A stretch of DNA of 37,791 bases, from assembly GCA_011522855.1 (NCBI GenBank), contig WTID01000005.1, positions 42,965-80,755 of the forward strand, read 5' to 3'. The stretch comes from Flavobacteriales bacterium (GTDB lineage: Bacteria; Bacteroidota; Bacteroidia; Flavobacteriales_D; Sanyastnellaceae). This document shows, one piece after another, positions 16,988 to 25,400 of the stretch; position 1 is the stretch's first letter; each line of letters starts with the position of its first letter. The notes below the pieces were generated by a model. The model worked only from the letters and a program-made list of their open reading frames with translations, ran no database searches and was not told the DNA's origin. Position numbers and translations under genes: made by a program.

Positions 16988-18775
16988 ATGCGACTCGACG
17001 CCCTTCTTCAGACTCTCGCCGTCCGGGCCTTTTCCGATTGCTTCGGCACCGACCTCGAAGCCGGTCAGTTCTCCGTGCAGAAAACACGCAGTGAATTCCC
17101 CGGGGACCGCACCATCGTGTGCTTTCCCCTGGCCCGATTCAGCAAGGTGGCTCCGGACGCCACAGCCGACGCGCTCGGTCAGGCGCTCGTCGGGATGGAC
17201 GGTCCCGTGACCGGACACAATGTGGTCAAAGGCTTCCTCAACCTCGAACTCGACCCCACCTACTGGTTGAGCTGGCTCCTCGAGGATGCCGCCGCCGCGG
17301 ACTACGGAATCGAGGCTCCGGAAAGCGCGCCCCATGTGATGGTCGAGTACAGCTCGCCCAACACCAACAAGCCGCTCCACCTCGGGCACCTGCGCAACAA
17401 TTTCCTCGGGCACTCGGTGAGCCGCATCCTGGAGAACCGCGGGCACACCGTCACCAAGGTCCAGATCATCAACGACCGCGGCATTCACATCTGCAAGTCC
17501 ATGGTCGCCTGGCAGCGGTTCGGCCACGGCGAAACGCCCGAGACCAGCGGTTTGAAGGGCGACAAACTGGTCGGCAAGTACTACGTGGCCTTCGATCAGG
17601 CCTACAAGGAGGAAGTCACTGAACTCGTCGAGGGCGGTATGGCCAAGGAGGAGGCGGAAAAGGCCGCGCCCATCCTCCTCGAAGCGCAGGAGACGCTCCG
17701 GCGCTGGGAAGACGGAGAGGCCGACACTGTAGCCCTGTGGAAGACCATGAACGGCTGGGTCTACGCCGGATTCGACATCACCTATGCCACGATGGGCGTC
17801 GAGTTCGACACGCTCTACTACGAAAGCGACACCTACCTCATCGGCCGGGACCGGGTGCTGGAAGGCGTCGAGCGGGGTCTCTTCCAGCAGCGCGAGGATG
17901 GCTCCGTTTGGGTCGATCTGACCGGGGACGGCCTCGACGAGAAACTCCTGCTCCGCAAGGATGGAACGGCGGTGTACATGACGCAGGACATCGGTACGGC
18001 GATGCTTCGTTTTCAGGATGTACCCGATCTGGACCGGCAAGTCTACACCGTCGGCAATGAGCAGGAATACCATTTCAAGGTGCTCTTCCTCGTGTTGGCC
18101 AAACTGGGATTCGAACAGGCCAAACGGTGCCACCATCTCAGCTACGGCATGGTGGAGCTCCCGGAGGGCAAAATGAAGTCGCGTGAGGGCACGGTCGTGG
18201 ATGCGGACGATTTGATGGAAGAGATGTTCGGCATCGCCCGGGACATCGCCCAGGAAGCCGGGAAGCTGGACGGCCTCGATGAGGAGGAACAGCAGGACGT
18301 CTTCCAGCGGGTCGGACTCAGCGCGTTGAAATACTACCTCATCAAGGTCGACCCGAAGAAGAACATGATGTTCGACCCGAAGGCGTCAATCGACTTCTAC
18401 GGCAACACCGGTCCCTTCATCCTCTTCAACTATGTGCGGGGACGGAGCGTGCTGCGCAAGATGGAGGGTCAGGGCATCGCCCTGCCGACCGCTGGTCTGG
18501 CCACCCCTGGGCCCGACGAGATGGACCTCATCGGCCTGCTGCACGACCTGCCGGATGTCCTCGACGAGGCGGCGGAGACCTACAACCCTTCCCTCGTGGC
18601 CAATTGGTGCTACGATTTGACGAAAGCCTACAGCAGCTACTACCAGGACCACCCGATCCTCACGGCGGATTCCGAGGAGGACCGCAACCTGAGGCTCGTG
18701 TTGACGGAGCGGTTCACCCGCTGCCTGAATCTCGCGATGGGCCTGCTCGGTATCGCCCTTCCGGAGCGGATGTAA
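16988..18775 (+). CDS. argS: arginine--tRNA ligase
   Basis: 595 aa with the class I HIGH motif (SSPNTNKPLHLGHLRN), the KMSK-equivalent (GKMKSREG) and a DALR anticodon-binding C-terminus ending in ...PERM. Confidence 0.95.
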   Translation: MRLDALLQTLAVRAFSDCFGTDLEAGQFSVQKTRSEFPGDRTIVCFPLARFSKVAPDATADALGQALVGMDGPVTGHNVVKGFLNLELDPTYWLSWLLEDAAAADYGIEAPESAPHVMVEYSSPNTNKPLHLGHLRNNFLGHSVSRILENRGHTVTKVQIINDRGIHICKSMVAWQRFGHGETPETSGLKGDKLVGKYYVAFDQAYKEEVTELVEGGMAKEEAEKAAPILLEAQETLRRWEDGEADTVALWKTMNGWVYAGFDITYATMGVEFDTLYYESDTYLIGRDRVLEGVERGLFQQREDGSVWVDLTGDGLDEKLLLRKDGTAVYMTQDIGTAMLRFQDVPDLDRQVYTVGNEQEYHFKVLFLVLAKLGFEQAKRCHHLSYGMVELPEGKMKSREGTVVDADDLMEEMFGIARDIAQEAGKLDGLDEEEQQDVFQRVGLSALKYYLIKVDPKKNMMFDPKASIDFYGNTGPFILFNYVRGRSVLRKMEGQGIALPTAGLATPGPDEMDLIGLLHDLPDVLDEAAETYNPSLVANWCYDLTKAYSSYYQDHPILTADSEEDRNLRLVLTERFTRCLNLAMGLLGIALPERM

Positions 18776-19120
18776 TCAGCCTTCGATGCGGCGCGCCACC
18801 TGTTGGTTGCCGAAATCGATGTGCACCTGCTGGACTTCAGCCCCTTGGAGGTCCACTTCCACCGTCTGCTCGCCGGGCTTGAGGTTCAGCTCGACCGGAG
18901 CGCCTCCCTCCCACCGGATGGTGCAGGATTGCGCTCCGGCCGCATCGAGGGCAATGTGCACCCGGCCCTCCCCGGCTCGGTGGCAGGAGATCACCCGCGA
19001 ATACGCCCCCGTGATCCGCCCCTTCATCATCATGGCCACGAAGCGGCGGTACAGAACGTAGAGGAACATCGCCATCAAGGCGACAAACAGGACTTGGGAC
19101 AGGAGATCCAACGTGGGCAT
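18776..19120 (-). CDS. hypothetical single-pass membrane protein (114 aa)
   Basis: ATG start and one N-terminal TM helix (LLSQVLFVALMAMFLYVLY), followed by a ~80-aa beta-rich region. GC3-rich codons. Its stop codon directly abuts the argS stop codon. Confidence 0.55.
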   Translation of the reverse strand: MPTLDLLSQVLFVALMAMFLYVLYRRFVAMMMKGRITGAYSRVISCHRAGEGRVHIALDAAGAQSCTIRWEGGAPVELNLKPGEQTVEVDLQGAEVQQVHIDFGNQQVARRIEG

Positions 19121-19129
19121 GACCGGAGT

Positions 19130-19402
19130 TCAGAGTGCGAAGATGCCGCCAATCCGGCCAACGGCCTCGTAGCGCTCAAAGACGTGGTCCGCTGACGCCA
19201 TCTCCTCCCAGATGGTCAGGGAAACGTACTTCCCTCCCCCACTGGACTTGCGCTCGACCCGGACGTCATCGGGAAACACGGCGAGCACGGATCCGATGCG
19301 GTCCGCCTGATTGGGCGCGATGAACTTGAACATGTACTCGGCCGGCCAGTCATGGTGTGCGTCGAGTTGGGCCCGAAGCCCTGCCTTCCTGTCCTCGTCC
19401 AT
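19130..19402 (-). CDS. DUF493 (YbeD-like) family protein
   Basis: The 90-aa product from the ATG at 19402 (MDEDRKAGLRAQLDAHHDWPAEYMFKFIAPNQ...) fits the YbeD/DUF493 pattern. The longer ORF from 19582 would overlap the giant gene. Confidence 0.75.
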   Translation of the reverse strand: MDEDRKAGLRAQLDAHHDWPAEYMFKFIAPNQADRIGSVLAVFPDDVRVERKSSGGGKYVSLTIWEEMASADHVFERYEAVGRIGGIFAL

Positions 19403-19419
19403 GCCGCGAAGGTACCCGT

Positions 19420-19451
19420 GGAAAATGGAAAGGGACGCCCGAAGGCGCCCC
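19420..19451 (-). terminator. candidate rho-independent terminator of the giant gene
   Basis: The minus strand reads GGGGCGCC-TTCG-GGCGTCCC (8-bp stem including one G-U pair, UUCG tetraloop; 19432-19451). It is followed by TTTCCATTTTCC (19420-19431) and begins 48 nt after the stop at 19500. Confidence 0.45.
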
Positions 19452-19499
19452 TTTCGCTTGGTTCTCGTGAGAAGGATGTGGTGTCCCCTCAAGCGAGCA

Positions 19500-22400
19500 T
19501 CACTGCGGGCAATCCGATCCGTAGATCTGGAAGAAGTCCAGCAGGTCATTGATGTTGATCGTGCCGTCTCCATTGAGGTCACCCGGGCACGGCGGCGTGT
19601 ACTCGCAGCTGCCGTCGTTGGTGTTGGCGAGCGGGTTGTAGTTCTCGGCCTGTGGATCCGTGCAGCCTTCCAGCGGCAGGATGCAACCGGAATCGAAGTT
19701 GGCGCTCGGGTCGTAGTTCAGGGCCGTCTCATCGGTACAACCGGGGTAGAGACAGGAACCGTCGTCGATCAGGGCATTCTCGTCGTAGTTGGCCGCGGCA
19801 GCGTCCGTGCAGCCTTCCGTCGGGTAGGCGCAGAAGCCGGCGACGTTCGCATTCGGGTCGTAGTTGTCGGCCTCCGGGTCCATGCAGCCGAGGAACAGGC
19901 AGGTGCCGTCATCGACCAGGGCGGTGGCGTCATAGTTGACCGCAGCCGCATCGGTACAGCCCTCCATCGGGTAGGAACACTCACCGTCCACATTGGCCGA
20001 GGCGTCGTAGTTGTCGGCTTCCGGATCCGTACAGCCAAGGAGCAGGCACGTGCCGTCCTCGTCCGTGGCGGAGGCGTCGTAGTTCAGGGCGTTCGGGTTG
20101 GTACACCCGGCCACCTCGAGCTCGTCGCAGATGCCGTCACCATCCCCGTCGTTCATGCAGGTCTCCCCATCGCAGTCGTAAATGCCCGTGTAGGTGCAGC
20201 TTCCGTCGTCGCTGGTGGCGCCATCCACGTAGTTGCAGGCGCTCTCGTCCGTGCATCCGCAACCGGGGTTGCCGATCGGGAAGGTCATCACGAGGTCGTT
20301 CTCGCCATCGCCCTCAGGGAAGACCTGGAGGCTGATCTGGCCGCTGAGCGTACCACTCGTGGTGAATTGGCCGAGCAGGACGCGGAGGTCGTCACCGGCC
20401 TGAGCGTTGGTCGCCCCGTTCAGGGTGAACCAGGCACCACCGAAGGATCCATCGATGGTGATGTTGCCACCGGCCTCGAACGGCTCGATCCAGTTGGCGT
20501 CCTCACTCTGGACTGCGGTCACTTCCACCTCACCGGCGAGCAGGTTGGGAGCCTGCGTCAGTCCGATGGTCACGTAGCTGTCGTACTCCAGGGCCGGCTG
20601 GATGCCGAACAGGATCGGGTTGATCACCTGTCCGAGGGCTCCGCCGAAGGGATCCTGGTAAAAGGACGTGCTCGTGTTGATGTACGTCTCCAGTCCGTTC
20701 TCACCGACCACGCTGGAGAGCACATCGGTCGGGTTGACCATCGTCACGTACAGGCGGTAGGTCGTCATGCCCGGGATGGCGTCCTCGGCCACGGTCTCCA
20801 GCTCGATGCTGTAGCCGTCGATGACCGGGGCGTTGACGCAGCTGCAGTAGTCGCAGGAACCGTCGTCCACGTTGGCGGGCTCGAAGTAGTTGCAGGCACT
20901 CGGGTCCGTGCAGCCTTCGATGTCGGCCACCACACAGGAACCGTCGTCCTCGTCGGCCAGCGGGTTGTAGTTCAGGGCCTCCGGGTTGGTGCAACCGGCA
21001 TAGAGGCAGGATCCGTCACCGGCCATGGCGTCGGGGTCGAAGTTCAGGGCAGCCGGGTCGTCACAGCCGAGGGCGAAGGTCACCGTGATGGCCTGGGCCA
21101 CTTCGGTGCTGTTGCCACAGTCGTCGGCGATGGTGAAGGTCCGGGTGGCCGTGTAGCCTCCCAGCCCCTGCTCCGTGCAGACGTCGACAAAAGTGATTGT
21201 CACCGTGCCACAGGCATCCTCGGCCTCCGGCATGTCCACCGGGATGGACTGACCGGCCACCACCTGGTAGCTCGTGTCGGCCGGAGCGGAGGTCACCACA
21301 GGCGCCGTGTTGTCGGTGAAGACGATGGTCTGGAGGTGCGTGGCGCTGTTGCCGCAACCATCCTCCGCCGTGAAGGTCCGCAGGACGGTGAAGTCGCCGG
21401 CGCAGTCTCCCTGAACAGTCTCATCGCTGTAGGTCACGGTGACAGAACCGCAGTCATCGCTGGCCGTGGCTTCCGTGACGGGCAGTTCCTCACTGCACTC
21501 GAGGGCGAGGTCCTCCGGGGTGCTGGTGAACACCGGAGCCGTCGTGTCGAGGAAGGAGATCGTCTGCAGGTGCGTGCTGACGTTGCCACAGCCGTCGATG
21601 GCCGTGAAGGTCCGCTCGATCACACGGCTTCCGTCGCACGGGAAGCTCTCGCTGTCGGCGTACGTCACCGCAACACCGGAACAGGCATCGGTGGCCGTGG
21701 CCATCTCGAGGGTGTAGTCGTCGCTGCAATCCAGCGTCTGATCAGCCGGAGCGAAGTCGAACACCGGGGCCGTCATGTCTTCCAACGTGATGACCTGCTG
21801 GGCGCTCGTGCTGTTGCCACAAGCGTCCGTGACCGTCCACGTCCGGGTGATGATGTTGCCGGAAATGCAGTTGGAAGCGCCTTGGGCGGTCATGGAGGCC
21901 GCACCACCGCTGGTGATGGACATCATGCTGCCGGCCACTTCGGTCCAGCTCAGGACGATCTCCTCGCTGGAGACGGACTGGCTGTACTCGGCCGTGGACG
22001 CATCCACGAAGAGGCTGTTGGCGCCGAGTTGGGCTCCCACGAGTCCGGCACCGCTGATGTTGCTGATGCGCACCTCAATGTAGTCGTAGCTCTCGGAGCC
22101 AATCACGTCGAGAACGCTCAGGTTGATCTGGTCACCGGCGATGTCCACGCTGAGGGCACCGCGCAGGTTGATCGGGTTGGACACCTGATCGTCCAGGTCG
22201 AGTTCGACACCGTCGCCGATGGTCACGCCCGTGGCCTCGAGGACCCGCGGGAAGGCGGCGAGGTTGTTGAGGCGGAGCTCCACGCGGAGGTCGGCAGTCA
22301 GGCCGTCGAGCGAGAACTGGCCATCGGTCACCGCATCGCTGAAGCTCACTGTCGGATCGGCATCGCAAGCATCCGCGGCATCGGTCACGTCTCCAGCCCC

Positions 22401-25400
22401 GGCCGGCGTCGTGTCGGCGGAACAATCAAGGGTCACATCAGCCGGTGCCGTGAAGGTCGGCGCGGTGGTGTCCTCAAAGGTGATCGTCCAATCGTGCGTG
22501 GCCGTGTTGCCACAATCGTCCTCAGCGGAGAAGGTCCGCACGACCTGGTAGGTGCAGGCGTCAAGGGTGGTTTCCACATCGGAGAAGGTCACGTTGATGG
22601 CGCCGGAGCAGAGGTCGTCCGCCGTCACCGCAGTGGCCGGGATGGCCTCACCGCATTCCAGTGTGGTGTCCGCGGGCAGACCGGAGAAGGCCGGAGCCGT
22701 CTCGTCCACCACGGTCACTGCCTGGATGGCCTGGCTGAAGTTGCCACAGGCATCGATGGCCGTGAAGGTCCGGATGAGCGTGTACTGGTTGGCACACGTT
22801 CCGGCCTGCGTCGTCATCTCTTCTGTCAGGTCCACCGTGCCGCAGGCATCGCTGGCCGTCGGCATGGGGAAGTCGTACTCGTCCTCACAGCTGAGGGTCA
22901 CATCGGCGGGCAAGTTTTCGATGGTCGGAGCCGTCGTGTCCTCGATGGTGTAGGTCGTCACGGCCGTGTTTACGTTGCCGCAGGCATCCTCAGCAGACCA
23001 GGTCCGCACGAGGGTTCCCGTACCACCGCACCCGGTTTCCGTCATCTCGTCAACGTAGGTGATCGTCACACCATTGCAGTTGTCCACGGCCACGGCGAGG
23101 TTCGTCGGGAGCGGATCGCCGCACTCGAGCGTGGCATCGGCCGGCACGTTGGTGAAGACCGGAGCGGAATTGTCGACCACATGGATCACGTGGCTGACGG
23201 TGTCGGCATAACCGAAGTTGTCGGTCACCACGTAGGAACGGACGATGTCATAGGTCTCGCCACACGGTCCGTCGAGGATCTCGTCGAAGTAGGAGAAATC
23301 GAGATCCGTGTCGCAGTTGTCCGTGGCCGCGGGGTACTCCACGTCCATGCTGGCGGCGGTGCAGCTGATCTCCATGTCCTCGGGCGTCTCGGTGAAGACC
23401 GGAGCCTCGCTGTCGAACAGGCAGACATCGTCGCACTCGTAACCGAACTGCGGGTAGTAGCAGCTCTCGTCGTCGATGATGGCGCTCGGCGAGTAGTTGC
23501 AAGCCGTCTCATCGGTACAGCCACACTGGCTGCCGCCGAAGGTGAGGGTCACGCGCTCCTGGTTCAGGTTGCTTCCCTCCGGGAACACCTGGACGTAGAA
23601 CTGACCGCTGAGTTCGCCGTTCGTCGTGAGCTGGGCGAGCAGGACCTTGTGGTCGTCGCCGGCCACACCGTTGGTCACGTCGGGATTGACGAACCAACCG
23701 GAACCGATGATGTCATCGATGGTGAAGCCGTTGCCTGCCTCAAACGGTCCGCTCCACGGATCGGGTTCGGGCAGTCCCTGGACGCTTCCCTGACCGAGGG
23801 ACGTGTTGGGCACGGCGTCGATGCCAATGGTGAACCAGCTGTCGTACTGGATCTCCGGGAAGAAGTCATACAGGATGGGGTTGATGCCGTTCGGGAACAC
23901 ACCTCCATTCGGGTGCTGGTAGAAGTCCCCCGTGGTCTCCACGTAGAGGGGATTCTCCGTTTGACCCGTCACCGCGCTCACCTGGTCGGTGGCATTCGGC
24001 ATGGTGATGTAGATCCGGTAGGTCGTGTAGCCGGGGATGCCGTTGAGGGCATACTCTTCAATCTCCACGCCGTACTCGGGCATGTCGGTCGTGTAGCCGG
24101 CGCAGCTGCAGTAGTCGCAGGAACCGTTGTCGGTGTCGGCCAGCGGCTGGTAGTTGCAGGCCAGCTCGTCCATGCAGCCCTCGAAGTTGCCGTCGAAGGC
24201 GTCACAGATGCCGTCGCCGTCGCTGTCCACGAGGCAGTTGCCGTCGCAGTCGTATTCGGGCTCCGGATACGTACAGGATCCATCGTCGGTCGTGGCCGTG
24301 GCATCGTAGTTGCACGCCGTGGCGTCGATGCAGCCGAGGCAGCTCGTGAAGTCACAGGACCCGTCGTTCAACGTGGCCGTGGCGTCGTAGTTGCAGGCCG
24401 TGGCGACGGTACATCCTGCGCAGCTCGTGCTCTCGCAGCTTCCGTCATCGAACGTGGCGTTGATGTCGAAGTTGCAGGCCTCGAGGTCCGTGCAGCCCAA
24501 GGTCTCCTGCTCGTCGCAGATGCCGTTGGCGTTGCTGTCGTTCAGGCAGTCTCCGTTGCAGTCCACGAAGGCACTGGCCGGGAACACGCATCCGCCGTCG
24601 TCGGAGGTGGCCGTGGCGTCATAGTTGCACGCCGTGGCGTCCGTACAGCCGCTGCAGGAAGCGTAGTCACACGTGCCGTCGTTGATCGACGCCGCAGCGT
24701 CGTAGTTGCAGGCGGCAGCGTCGGTACAACCGGCACAGCTGGTGGTGTCGCAAGAGCCATCGTCAAACGTGGCGCCGTCGGTGTAGTTGCAGGCCAGCGG
24801 GTTCGTGCAGCCCATCACCTCGGTCTCGTCGCACAGGCCATTGGCATTGGCGTCGTTGAGGCAGTTGCCGTCACAGTCCACATAGTCCACTCCATAGAAG
24901 TCCACGGCGTAGAGGCAGGTCACGGAAATCGTGGCGTCTGCGTCATAGTTGCAGGCAGCCGGATCCGTACAACCGGCACAGGAGGAGAACTCACAATCGT
25001 TCTCCGTATCGCCGAAGTTGCAAGCGAAGGGCAGCTCACACCCCACGAACTCGATGCTCGGGGCGGAACCACCATAGGTGCATCCGTAGGTCAGGAAATC
25101 GGCCACGCCGTCCTCATAGTTGTCGGCAGCAGGGTCACCACAGCAGGTCGTGAAGTCACAGGCGCTGTCGTCCTGGAGCGTGGCCGTCGGGTCGTAGTTG
25201 CAGGCGAAGGTCACCATGCACCCGGCGCAGCTCGTGTACTCACAGGAACCGTCGTCGACGTTGGCCCCGATGAAGAAGTTGCACGCTTGCGGATCAGTAC
25301 ACCCGCCATACTCGCAGGAGCCATCGTTGAAGTCCACCGTGGCGTCGTAGTTGTCGGCGTCCGTATCGGTGCAACCGCCAAAGAGGCACGAACCATCGTC

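Noticed and set aside
16616-18136. 506-aa minus-strand ORF
   Set aside because: Antisense of argS, whose HIGH and KMSK motifs fix the true strand and frame.
19503-19800. T9SS C-terminal sorting domain at the end of the giant protein
   Set aside because: I looked for the ~70-90-aa beta-sandwich CTD pattern seen at 2408..2611. The last 100 aa here are Cys repeats plus a 29-aa dockerin-like motif, so no CTD is called. A profile search is still needed.
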